Source: a virus. From it: a DNA stretch of 64,000 nucleotides. Numbering within the stretch: position 1 is the stretch's first letter; each line of letters opens with the position of its first letter. This document shows positions 28,767 to 37,664 of the stretch, piece after piece. The notes under the pieces were generated by a model that was not told the origin of the DNA, searched no databases, and worked only from the letters and a program-made list of their open reading frames with translations. The stretch lies in the IMG/VR virus record IMGVR_UViG_3300031227_007858; one strand, written 5' to 3'. The position numbers and the translations under genes were made by a program.

Positions 28767-29281
28767 AAGAGTATAAGAAAGCAATTCGCGAAGGAATGTT
28801 AAATTTAGCTAAATTACCTAATTCAATTTTTCTTGGACAGCAAGTTGGAGTTACTAATTTTTACTCTACATTAGATGGAATACCGAACAAGAAAAGACTA
28901 GAGTTACCAGTTGCTGAAGAATTACAGTTAGGAATGTCTATAGGATTAGCTATGCAAGGTTATTTACCTATTAGTATATATCAACGTATGGATTTTTTAC
29001 CTAGAGCCTGTGACCAATTAGTTAATCATTTAAATATAATGAAAGAAATGACGAGAGGGCAGTTTAATCCTAAAGTTATAGTTAGAGTTACTGTAGGAAG
29101 TACAAAACCTTTAAATACAGGATTGCAACATAGTAAAGATTTAACAGAAGAATTTAAAGCTTTATTAAAGAATATTAAAGTTGTTAAATTAGAGACAGCG
29201 AAACAAGCCAAACTTGTATATAGAGAAGCATTGACAGACAATGACTCACATTTAATAATTGAACTGCAGGATTTATATTAA
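28763..29281 (+). CDS. E1-beta / transketolase pyrimidine-binding-domain-like subunit (short)
   Basis: AIREGMLNLAKLPNSIFLGQQVGV...LPVAEELQLGMSIGLAMQGYLPISIYQRMDFLPRACDQLVNHLN...GQF parallels E1-beta domain I. The C-terminal domain is absent (172 aa). Confidence 0.5.
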   Translation: MKEYKKAIREGMLNLAKLPNSIFLGQQVGVTNFYSTLDGIPNKKRLELPVAEELQLGMSIGLAMQGYLPISIYQRMDFLPRACDQLVNHLNIMKEMTRGQFNPKVIVRVTVGSTKPLNTGLQHSKDLTEEFKALLKNIKVVKLETAKQAKLVYREALTDNDSHLIIELQDLY

Positions 29282-30072
29282 TGAAAGTAACAAGAACAGT
29301 AGATTACAATAAAGAACATATGTTTGCTTGTATGGGGTTTCCAAGGGGGGGTACTCATTATGTTCAAGAAGTTATGAAATATGCCAAATTTGATGTAGGA
29401 CATGCTAGAATAGAGTCAGAAGGAAATAGTGATTGGAGAATAATATTATCTTTAGATAAAAGAGTTAACCCTCATGATAATGGTTTAACTTTTGATTCTA
29501 ATACTCCTAATAAAATGTGTTTATATGCTGGCAAGTCGTTAGTTGAACACTTTAATCATGATAAATATATAGAAAAGTTAGCTTATACGAATAAGTATTA
29601 CAGAGAAACATTAAATAAAGTTATTAATATAAAATATAAATATAAACTATTTTTTGTTAGAAATCCATGGCATACTATTTCAACTTGGACTCAAATGTAT
29701 GAGTATCCTTATGGTGAAGGTGGATTACCTTCTTTAGTTTATTTTTCTAAAAGTGGAATAAATTTTGGAGAATTTAACAATGTTATTCATCGTAGTTGTA
29801 TAATGTTCGTAGAGTATGCTGAGTTAATGGAAAAATATGCTGATAAAGTTATTAGAATTGAGAATATATTTGAAGAGTTAAATCAATTTTTTATTGAAAA
29901 TGAATTAGAAAAACATATTATGAAACCAATAGAAATTAAAACATGGAAAGGAACTTTTCATGGACAAACTGATTTTCATAATCAACGCATATCAAAGTCT
30001 GAAATAGAAAAAAATGTTTCAGAAGAATTATTTAATAAAATATCAAAATTTATTGGAAGGATATATAAATGA
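29281..30072 (+). CDS. Putative PAPS-dependent sulfotransferase
   Basis: GFPRGGTHYV resembles the 5'-PSB PKSGTTW. LFFVRNPWHTISTW resembles the 3'-PB RDP.D..(V)S. The two motifs lie about 100 aa apart, as in sulfotransferases. Confidence 0.45.
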   Translation: MKVTRTVDYNKEHMFACMGFPRGGTHYVQEVMKYAKFDVGHARIESEGNSDWRIILSLDKRVNPHDNGLTFDSNTPNKMCLYAGKSLVEHFNHDKYIEKLAYTNKYYRETLNKVINIKYKYKLFFVRNPWHTISTWTQMYEYPYGEGGLPSLVYFSKSGINFGEFNNVIHRSCIMFVEYAELMEKYADKVIRIENIFEELNQFFIENELEKHIMKPIEIKTWKGTFHGQTDFHNQRISKSEIEKNVSEELFNKISKFIGRIYK

Positions 30073-31475
30073 AAACTCAACAATGTCAAGTAAGTATTAT
30101 TCTACCTACTTTAAGACCTGAAGTAGTTAAAAATTGTCTTGAAAGGATTTACCACACTACTAAAAATCTAGATTATGAAATTATATTGGTTACTCCTATT
30201 ATAGGCATTAAAGACAAGTTACGAGAGTGTAAAGCTTTTGATTATATAAAAGTGATAGAAGAACAAGAAAAAGCAGGAGTTAGTAGAGCTTTTGAACTAG
30301 CTATTCCACATATTAAAGGAGAGTATATATTTTTATTATCAGATGACCAGTTAATTCAAACTGACTGTATTCTCAATCTATATGAATACTCTAAAAATCA
30401 AGAGATTGATAGGGAAAATTTTATAGTTACAGGTCCTAGATATACATCTGTTTGGGGAAGTCATTGGGACGAAACTATTTTTGACCTTTATTACCCTTGT
30501 AATCCTTTTTTTCATAAAGAGATATTAAAATCTGTAGATAATGTTATATTTGATACTTATCTTACTAATTATTATGGAGATCCAGATTTTGCTCTAAGAG
30601 CTAGAGATAAGGGTTATCCTGTAATACCGTGCCCTACAGCATGGATGGAAAATACTAATGCTTTTGATGAAGTAGAAAAAGAAAGAAGAGATGATAATTT
30701 TAATAATGACCATGATAATTTTGTTAAAAGATGGGAAAGTAAGTTTGATGTTCCTGATAACTCATCTGCACAGATAAATAAAGGAAAATCAATTCAAGGT
30801 GGGGGTATATCATCTGAATTTTGTTCTAGAATTATGCATCATATTCAACATGAAGATTTTGAGTGTATTGTGGGGGAGATATCGTTGCGAGAAAATATAA
30901 ATGCTACAACACATTACTATTTAGAAGAACAATATGTTTCAGATGTTTTTGGATATATAGTATCAATGGGAAAACTTTTTCCAACATTTTTAAAAACACG
31001 AAATTATCCTCTACAAAGAAATCTGTTCAGATTGTTTTTATCTGAAATGAAAAATCCTGTTTTAGATTTTAAAACTGTTATAAATAAAGCTAAATGGATA
31101 GACTCTGAAATTGTTAGAAATTTGATTATGTCTGGATATATTATCTATTTAAAAAATAAAAAAGAAGGTAAAACTGATTTTATATTTATAAAAGACTATA
31201 AAGATACTAATATTGGATATAAAGATAAACATTTTTATGATACAGTACATAATCTTAAAACAACTACTTTTTGTGAGATGATAGGATTATTAGATGATAT
31301 CTCTTCAAAATTTCCAGTAATAGACTATTTAGAGTTAAAGCTATTTGAAACATATTTATCAAATAATCAAATATCTTTCCAATATATGTTTAATGCTTTA
31401 GAGTATTTTACTAATAAAAAGATTGATGAAAGAAGAAAGGGTAAGTTTGATGCTTATACATGGGATTTTAAATGA
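30069..31475 (+). CDS. Glycosyltransferase family 2-like with a C-terminal extension
   Basis: VSIILPTLRPE N-terminal motif and an LLSDDQL DxD motif. 468 aa. Confidence 0.5.
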   Translation: MKTQQCQVSIILPTLRPEVVKNCLERIYHTTKNLDYEIILVTPIIGIKDKLRECKAFDYIKVIEEQEKAGVSRAFELAIPHIKGEYIFLLSDDQLIQTDCILNLYEYSKNQEIDRENFIVTGPRYTSVWGSHWDETIFDLYYPCNPFFHKEILKSVDNVIFDTYLTNYYGDPDFALRARDKGYPVIPCPTAWMENTNAFDEVEKERRDDNFNNDHDNFVKRWESKFDVPDNSSAQINKGKSIQGGGISSEFCSRIMHHIQHEDFECIVGEISLRENINATTHYYLEEQYVSDVFGYIVSMGKLFPTFLKTRNYPLQRNLFRLFLSEMKNPVLDFKTVINKAKWIDSEIVRNLIMSGYIIYLKNKKEGKTDFIFIKDYKDTNIGYKDKHFYDTVHNLKTTTFCEMIGLLDDISSKFPVIDYLELKLFETYLSNNQISFQYMFNALEYFTNKKIDERRKGKFDAYTWDFK

Positions 31476-32239
31476 AAGTACCTATGTTAGATGATATAAT
31501 ACAAGGTAGAACAGTAGCTATTTGTGCTCACGGAGCATCTTTAAATAAGTTAGAAAATCAAATAGAAAAATTTAAAGATTATGATGTTTGTTGGACAAGT
31601 TTAAATCTTTATACTATAATAGAAGTGAATATTTTACATAAAATTAATAAAAAGTTAGATATAGTTTTAGATAGCTCCACTATTGCTAATCAGTTAATGA
31701 AAAGATTTGAAGCAGAGAGAAGAATTCCAAGATTAGAGCAATTTTTAGCTAGACCAGAGAAAAATTTATGGATAACAACTGAAGGATTATTAAGAGACCA
31801 GTTAAGACCTTTAGGATATGGAGATTTTTTAAGTAGACATCAACATAAAATTTTAGTTTTAGATAAAGTTTACCGCTCTATGCATGCTCCAAATTCGATA
31901 AGCTTATTGATATGTGCTGCTGCTATAGGTGGAGCTAAAAAAATAGTGTTATTTGGATATGATGGGTATTGGGGTAATTATCAAGAAAATATAAATTCTT
32001 TTTATAGACCTGAAGATATAGCTATAGAGAGGAAGTATGCGGTGGGTAATACTGTAGATTCTGATGTAGCAAAAGATACCACTAATTTTAATAGTTATTT
32101 TTGGAATATTTATTTAAAGTGGTGTTCAGCATATGATATTAAACCTGTTGAAGTAGTTAATTGTTCACCTGGCAGCAAATATACTATATTTCCTATTTTT
32201 AACTATAACAATATACATCAGGTATTGATAGATGCTTAA
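31472..32239 (+). CDS. Cst-II/Maf-like transferase (GT42 / DUF115-like), paralog 3
   Basis: TVAICAHGASLNKLE...DVCWTSLNLY and LLICAAAIGGAKKIVLFGYDGY. Confidence 0.4.
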   Translation: MKVPMLDDIIQGRTVAICAHGASLNKLENQIEKFKDYDVCWTSLNLYTIIEVNILHKINKKLDIVLDSSTIANQLMKRFEAERRIPRLEQFLARPEKNLWITTEGLLRDQLRPLGYGDFLSRHQHKILVLDKVYRSMHAPNSISLLICAAAIGGAKKIVLFGYDGYWGNYQENINSFYRPEDIAIERKYAVGNTVDSDVAKDTTNFNSYFWNIYLKWCSAYDIKPVEVVNCSPGSKYTIFPIFNYNNIHQVLIDA

Positions 32240-33014
32240 ATTAGAACAAATTAAACATAGAATTAATAAGAGGCCAATACTTATTTTATTACATGGTAAA
32301 TCTATTGCTGAGTTAGAAGATAATATAATACAGATGAAAGATTTGGATGTATGTTATTGTAGTATTAATTATTTTACATTATTGGAAGAACATATTTTAA
32401 ATCGTATAGATAGAAGATTAGATTTTGTATATGATAGTTCTTTTATTCCTGTTGAGTATAGACAAAACTTTGAGTGTAAGTATAGAATTCCTAGATTAAG
32501 AGGATTTTTAGATTCTTCTCCAGAAAAATTTTATGTTACTACTAAAGGTAGTTTGGAAAGAATGTGTTTAGATACTGGAAATGAAGAGTTTATTATTAAA
32601 TATGAAAATCAAATATTTTTAATAGATAATTTACCTTTTAATTTAAATGCTCCTAACTCGGCTATATTGCTTGTAGGACTGTGTATAGCATTTGAGATAT
32701 CTCTTATTGCTTTATTAGGTTTTGATGGATTTAAAGGTGTTGTACAAAATGATTTATTACACTCTTATTATAAATCTGAGTTGTATATTAAAAATCACAG
32801 ATATCCTAGTGTTGGAAATTTAGAACCATCGTTGTTATCTATTGAGACATTAAATATTGAAAGTAGAGGATTAGGTATAGTACAACAATATTGTAGAGAG
32901 TTAGGTGTTTTTATGCCAGAAATATATAATTGTTCACCTAGTACAATATATACAGGATTATTTGACATTATAAGTTATAAAACATTAATTAACAAATTAA
33001 AGGAGAAAAGATGA
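32232..33014 (+). CDS. Cst-II/Maf-like transferase (GT42 / DUF115-like), paralog 4
   Basis: ILILLHGKSIAELE...DVCYCSINYF and ILLVGLCIAFEISLIALLGFDGF. Confidence 0.4.
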   Translation: MLKLEQIKHRINKRPILILLHGKSIAELEDNIIQMKDLDVCYCSINYFTLLEEHILNRIDRRLDFVYDSSFIPVEYRQNFECKYRIPRLRGFLDSSPEKFYVTTKGSLERMCLDTGNEEFIIKYENQIFLIDNLPFNLNAPNSAILLVGLCIAFEISLIALLGFDGFKGVVQNDLLHSYYKSELYIKNHRYPSVGNLEPSLLSIETLNIESRGLGIVQQYCRELGVFMPEIYNCSPSTIYTGLFDIISYKTLINKLKEKR

Positions 33015-33865
33015 AAAAAGTAACAATTATAGCTGAAGTTGGTATCAACCATAATGGAGATATTAAAACAGCTAAAAGATTAATAGATGCTGCTAAATTT
33101 GCAGGTGCGAATTATGTAAAATTTCAAAAAAGAAATATTGATAGTGTATATACTCAAGAAGTTTTAAATGGACTTAGAGAGTCTCCTTGGGGCACTACTC
33201 AAAGAGAACAAAAAGCTGGATTGGAGTTTGGTAAAGAAGAGTATAGAATTATTGATGCATACTGTAAAGATAAAGATATACAGTGGTTTGCTAGCCCTTG
33301 GGATTTTATTAGTTTTAATTTTTTAGAAGAGTTTAAACCTCTAGTACAAAAGGTAGCATCTGCTTTATTAACTCATACTAAATTATTGACAGCCATGGCT
33401 GAGAGAAGAGTATTAACTTATATCTCTACAGGAATGTCTACTATGGTAGAAATAAATGCAGCTGTTACTATATTTGATAAATTGCAATGCCCTTTTATAG
33501 TATTACATTGTAATAGTAGCTATCCTATGGATAACAAAGATGCTAATCTATTAATGATTCCTAGATTGAAAGACTTATACAAAAATTTAACTTATTTTAA
33601 AGGGGTAGGATACTCTGGACATGAAGTAGGGTTGGACATAAGTATTGCAGCAGTAGCTTTAGGAGCAATAGTTATAGAAAGACATATTACTTTAGATAGA
33701 ACTATGTACGGTAGTGACCAAGCAGCTTCTGTAGAGCCTATGGGATTTTATAGACTAGTGAATTATATTAGGTCTATTGAAATTGCTTTAGGAGTACCTG
33801 AGAAGATAGTAACAGCTAAAGAGGAAGAATGTAAAAAGAAATTAAGACGGAGTTTGGACTTATGA
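33011..33865 (+). CDS. Nonulosonic acid (sialic / pseudaminic / legionaminic acid) synthase, NeuB family; lacks the C-terminal SAF domain
   Basis: MKKVTIIAEVGINHNGDIKTAKRLIDAAKFAGANYVKFQK is near-canonical for the NeuB/PseI/LegI N-terminus (IIAE.G.NHNGD...A..LI..A...GADAVKFQ). Confidence 0.75.
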   Translation: MKKVTIIAEVGINHNGDIKTAKRLIDAAKFAGANYVKFQKRNIDSVYTQEVLNGLRESPWGTTQREQKAGLEFGKEEYRIIDAYCKDKDIQWFASPWDFISFNFLEEFKPLVQKVASALLTHTKLLTAMAERRVLTYISTGMSTMVEINAAVTIFDKLQCPFIVLHCNSSYPMDNKDANLLMIPRLKDLYKNLTYFKGVGYSGHEVGLDISIAAVALGAIVIERHITLDRTMYGSDQAASVEPMGFYRLVNYIRSIEIALGVPEKIVTAKEEECKKKLRRSLDL

Positions 33866-34335
33866 GTAGTAGGGCAAATGCATTAATTCAATTAGCAAAG
33901 AAATGTAATTGTAATACTTATGCGGAGATAGGGTGCATGACAGGTAATACTGCAGTTAAATTACATAAGAAACATCCTCTCAGTGATGTTATTTTAGTAG
34001 ATATAATTAATAATAAATTGAGGAAAGATTTAGTGAGCAACTTACCATATAAATTTTATCATATACCATCTGTCGATGCTTCTGATAAGATTTTAGATAA
34101 CTCTATAGATTTATGTTTTATAGATGCTGACCATGGATATAAATATGTTTTAGCAGATATCAAAGCATGGTTACCTAAAGTAAAAGCAGATAAAATTATT
34201 TGTGGTCATGATTATAGTAAAACTCAACATCCTGGAGTTGTTAAAGCAGTACACGAAAGTTTTAAAGATGAAGAGATTAATTTAATTCCAGATTTAGATT
34301 ATAATGATGTTTATGTTTGGTGGGTACGAGTATAA
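33862..34335 (+). CDS. Class I SAM-dependent methyltransferase (Methyltransf_24-like), paralog
   Basis: YAEIGCMTGNTAV ... DLCFIDADHGYKYV ... KIICGHDY. Confidence 0.5.
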   Translation: MSSRANALIQLAKKCNCNTYAEIGCMTGNTAVKLHKKHPLSDVILVDIINNKLRKDLVSNLPYKFYHIPSVDASDKILDNSIDLCFIDADHGYKYVLADIKAWLPKVKADKIICGHDYSKTQHPGVVKAVHESFKDEEINLIPDLDYNDVYVWWVRV

Positions 34336-35504
34336 TCTAATGTTTCTTTTGTAGCATTAATCATATAATTAAAATCCTTAGCGGGCATCCACTCGTGGAA
34401 AGGAAATGACATCATATTATCAAAGAAGAGGTCTGTGTTGGGGCAATTAGCTTCACCATAACCTCTTTTTTTGAATAGTTCGTATCTATTTAAAGGATAA
34501 TATTGTACATTCATTTCTATTCCATATGTCTCTATTAACCTAGAGATTATATTATCTCTATTTCGCATACATTTTACAGGCATTAAATGATATGAAGATG
34601 AAATATTAAATGGTATTTTTTGAAATACTATGTCAGGATAGTTACTTAATGCTTCTTTAAAACTCCAAAACATAGATTCTCTATTAGAGTTTAATTCATC
34701 TATTCTATCAAGTAATAATATACCAACAAGTGCTTGTATTTCTGACATATTATATTTATAGGGTAAATCATTAGATACATCTGTAACATTAGTCATCGCT
34801 GGTTTCCAATATTTATCTTGATTTTCAAATGGTTTATTACCAAACATTCTCAATGGAGCTACTTTTTTAGCTAGTTCTTCATCTCTAACATATAAAGCAC
34901 CACCTTCACCTAAAGTAGTTAAATTCTTTTGAGCATGAAAACTAAATACTCCAAAATCACATAATACTCCAGCTTTTTTATTATTGTATTTAGCACCAAA
35001 TGATTGAGCTGCATCTTCTACTAATGGAATATCAAATTCTCTAAACTTATCTATATCACAAGGTATTCCATATAAATGTACTAATATAATAGCTTTTGTT
35101 TTATTAGTAATTTTCTTTTTTACATCTTCATACGACATTACCAAAGTATCAGGATCAATATCTGCCCAAACTAATTTAGCTCCCCTTCTAAGAAATGGTA
35201 TAGCTGTAGCACAAAATGTATGTGATGGTAATATTATTTCATCTCCTTCTTTAATTTCTAATAACTCAGCAGTTAGCTCTAAAGCAGATGTTCCACTATT
35301 AACAGCAAATATATCCCCTTGTTCAACATCTAAATAATCTTTTAATTTAGTTTCAAATGCATCTTTATATGCTCCTTGAGTTAGTGCTTCAGTACTTCTA
35401 AGAAAAGCATTAATAGTTTTTATTTCTTGTTCATTTAATAACACACTTCTAATTGACCAAGGTATTTTAAAGTTCATTTTTTCTCCTGTATTTTTAATAT
35501 CCAT
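34311..35504 (-). CDS. DegT/DnrJ/EryC1/StrS-family PLP-dependent sugar aminotransferase
   Basis: FAVNSGTSALELT, ILPSHTFCATA, VEDAAQSFGA and FSFHAQKNLTTLGEGG (Schiff-base Lys in SFHxxK). Confidence 0.8.
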   Translation of the reverse strand: MDIKNTGEKMNFKIPWSIRSVLLNEQEIKTINAFLRSTEALTQGAYKDAFETKLKDYLDVEQGDIFAVNSGTSALELTAELLEIKEGDEIILPSHTFCATAIPFLRRGAKLVWADIDPDTLVMSYEDVKKKITNKTKAIILVHLYGIPCDIDKFREFDIPLVEDAAQSFGAKYNNKKAGVLCDFGVFSFHAQKNLTTLGEGGALYVRDEELAKKVAPLRMFGNKPFENQDKYWKPAMTNVTDVSNDLPYKYNMSEIQALVGILLLDRIDELNSNRESMFWSFKEALSNYPDIVFQKIPFNISSSYHLMPVKCMRNRDNIISRLIETYGIEMNVQYYPLNRYELFKKRGYGEANCPNTDLFFDNMMSFPFHEWMPAKDFNYMINATKETLDYTRTHQT

Positions 35505-35660
35505 AATCAGTTAAAACCCATCTTAAAAAGTATTTCATTCTAGTAAAATATGACACTTTATTGCGTATATCTCTATATCTAAAATGTGCAAACCAAGGAG
35601 TGAATAATACTAATACTAAAAAGTCTGTTATTACAGCTATTCTTATTCTCATTTTGTCTC

Positions 35661-35909
35661 CTAAAGTAATGATTTTATATCGTCTTTGTAAACATAATCT
35701 CTGTCTATTATTCTCTCATATTCGTCAATCACAACCTGTGCTTCATAGAATATTTTACTCATTAGACCTCCGGTTATATGCCAATATACTTTTGGGACTT
35801 CTTGCATTACCATATAATAATCTGATAACTCTCTTAACACTGCTTCTTCATTAAGTTTTCCATTTTTGTAAATAATATCTTTCCAAAATTCTTTTGATTT
35901 ATCCATCAT
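35661..35909 (-). CDS. Hypothetical protein
   Basis: Balanced composition. Preferred over the overlapping + strand ORF 35561..35854. Confidence 0.4.
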   Translation of the reverse strand: MMDKSKEFWKDIIYKNGKLNEEAVLRELSDYYMVMQEVPKVYWHITGGLMSKIFYEAQVVIDEYERIIDRDYVYKDDIKSLL

Positions 35910-35935
35910 TGTCTCCTATTCAATTTACTCTGTTA

Positions 35936-36472
35936 TTAATACCAATGACATTTTTCAGTTTCAACTTTAACTCCACAATTTTTACATTCAAAAAAGATTC
36001 TATAATGTTTTATATATTTTTTTAATTTTTCATCCCATGATTCAGATAAAGATTTCACTTTTTTATCTCCTTTTAAACTAGTGTAAAATCTATAAACATC
36101 TCCATTACATTTAGAGCAAGTGTATAAATAATCTTCAAAACAAGAAGGCATCCCATCCATTACTTTTTTTGTTTCTATATCAACTATCCAAATATTATTT
36201 TCTTTTTCTTCAACAACGTAGATTTTATTACAATCGCTACATTTTCTCCAATGCCATTGATGATTAGGATTAGTTTTTCCAGACCAACCTAATAGTGTGG
36301 TGATACTTTCTAAATTAATATAATCTTTTGATTTACAAAAAGGACATGTAGCATTATTAAGATTAAGTTTTTTATTAGGTCTTTGTTTAACTATATCAAA
36401 CAATGCAAATTTTATATATTCTTTACTTGTATCCATTATCTCTCCTCTTCTATCCAGTTTTTTCCATCCCAC
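35936..36472 (-). CDS. Cys-rich multi-zinc-finger protein
   Basis: Four CxxC pairs (CPFCKS, CSDCNK, CSKCNG, CKNCG). Confidence 0.4.
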   Translation of the reverse strand: MGWKKLDRRGEIMDTSKEYIKFALFDIVKQRPNKKLNLNNATCPFCKSKDYINLESITTLLGWSGKTNPNHQWHWRKCSDCNKIYVVEEKENNIWIVDIETKKVMDGMPSCFEDYLYTCSKCNGDVYRFYTSLKGDKKVKSLSESWDEKLKKYIKHYRIFFECKNCGVKVETEKCHWY

Positions 36473-36891
36473 CTCTTATTATATTTCTCTTTCATTACGA
36501 AAGCTAACCATAGTTGCTCCATAGAAGGATATCTCTGCCTGAAGTAATAAAATCCTGATGTATAGTCAACTGATTGAGGGATAAATCCTCTCGGTGTCAA
36601 TAGTTTTCTTTCTTGATTCATAAACCCAAAAAGACTTTCTATTTTAGAATAAATATCGTTATAATTATATCCTAAATCTCTAGCATTTACCATCTCTTGC
36701 AACTGGTCTTGCCGTGGAAGCCAGATAGCGTTGTCAACATTTTTATTAAAGAAATCTGGACTATAAATATATTCACCAATTGCTATTACTCCATGTGTAT
36801 ATTCAAAAAAATCCCCATAAGCTGCTTCTCTTGGTATTTGTATCTCCTTTGCTTTTTCACATTGCAATATAAATTCTTTAGTTTTATCCAT
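36436..36891 (-). CDS. Hypothetical protein
   Basis: GGAG RBS 7 nt upstream of the ATG. Confidence 0.4.
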   Translation of the reverse strand: MDKTKEFILQCEKAKEIQIPREAAYGDFFEYTHGVIAIGEYIYSPDFFNKNVDNAIWLPRQDQLQEMVNARDLGYNYNDIYSKIESLFGFMNQERKLLTPRGFIPQSVDYTSGFYYFRQRYPSMEQLWLAFVMKEKYNKRWDGKNWIEEER

Positions 36892-36983
36892 TACATCTCC
36901 TAGAAAGTGTTAATATATATATAAACTAATATCCAAATTATTATTATAGTTAATACTTTTATTATTTTCATATTATTTATTGT

Positions 36984-37094
36984 TGGTTAGGGAGTCAGGA
37001 ATCAAACCTGATTTTTTTACTCTTACTCTCTTTGGTCTGGCCACAACCTCAAGCTATACAAGTAAATACCTTTAATCAATTAGGCTACCCCCTA
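36984..37094 (-). tRNA. tRNA-like gene with an atypical 34-41-nt insertion in the anticodon region (anticodon GTA/Tyr if the insertion follows position 37); possibly a pseudo-tRNA
   Basis: Minus-strand 3' half is canonical: T-arm TCAGG-TTTGATT-CCTGA, acceptor CTCCCTA, discriminator A, CCA. A 5' acceptor TAGGGGG (one G-U pair) and a D-arm GCCT/AGGT fold. The anticodon stem TTTAC/GTAAA closes only if 41 nt lie between its halves. Confidence 0.3.
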
Positions 37095-37104
37095 TCATTT
37101 TTAA

Positions 37105-37386
37105 TTAATCTTTTAGTTCTTTATTTGACTCTTGAAAAGTTTCTAATTTTAATTGACCACCTGATAACCAACTATTAGGAGATATTCTTACAGAACAATC
37201 TGGGTGTTTTTTTAAAGTCTTCTGTATTTCTTCTGATAACGAATTAAAAAAGTATAACACTGCATGTAAATCTTTACTATTTTTAATAGATATATCAACC
37301 TGCTTTATTCCATTATGAAAATATGTACAGATTTGTATAGGTTTAACTGTTTCTTTTTTGGTAAATAGTTTTTTAAAAAGATTCAT
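37105..37386 (-). CDS. Hypothetical protein
   Basis: ORF in the co-oriented minus-strand block. Confidence 0.35.
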   Translation of the reverse strand: MNLFKKLFTKKETVKPIQICTYFHNGIKQVDISIKNSKDLHAVLYFFNSLSEEIQKTLKKHPDCSVRISPNSWLSGGQLKLETFQESNKELKD

Positions 37387-37664
37387 ATAGTCTCCAGTTT
37401 GTAAAATAAGTATTCTGCTGTTACATCATCTATTAATCTTTCAAATTTAAATATTAAAAAATTACGTTGTTCAATTAAAGGGAGTTTAATTTCAGGATGA
37501 AACTGTAATACTGGCATTTTTCCTTCTAAACAATCTAATTTTAATATTGCAGTAAGTGGAGTATGTGCTAATTCTGTACCACATTCGGGGCAGTAGTTAA
37601 CCATTTTACCTAAGTATTCAATCCAATGCTCACAACATTTATTTAAAGTATGTGTTTTATTCAT
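37383..37664 (-). CDS. Zinc-ribbon mini-protein
   Basis: CCEHW...CPECGTE. Confidence 0.35.
   Translation of the reverse strand: MNKTHTLNKCCEHWIEYLGKMVNYCPECGTELAHTPLTAILKLDCLEGKMPVLQFHPEIKLPLIEQRNFLIFKFERLIDDVTAEYLFYKLETI

Noticed and set aside
26163-29281. Reading the split TPP enzyme as phosphonopyruvate or sulfopyruvate decarboxylase (phosphonate/sulfonate pathway)
   Set aside because: The 28763 product follows the E1-beta domain I pattern closely. No PEP mutase-like (EDK/PK..CGH) protein was recognised in the window. The idea is kept only as an alternative under the finding.
35561-35854. Sense (+) ORFs inside the minus-strand block (35561..35854, 36697..36903, 39602..39799, 42458..42649, 43343..43531, 43925..44310, 46395..46640, 49655..49867, 50396..50593, 54408..54590, 56596..56817, 57150..57398, 57549..57812, 58712..58963, 59158..59556, 60428..60670)
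   Set aside because: They overlap better-supported minus-strand genes. They have hydrophobic, low-complexity composition and no motif support.
36984-37094. Interpreting the 111-nt tRNA-like region as a group I intron-containing tRNA
   Set aside because: The insertion (34-41 nt) is far too short for a self-splicing group I intron, and no P/Q/R/S-like elements are visible.
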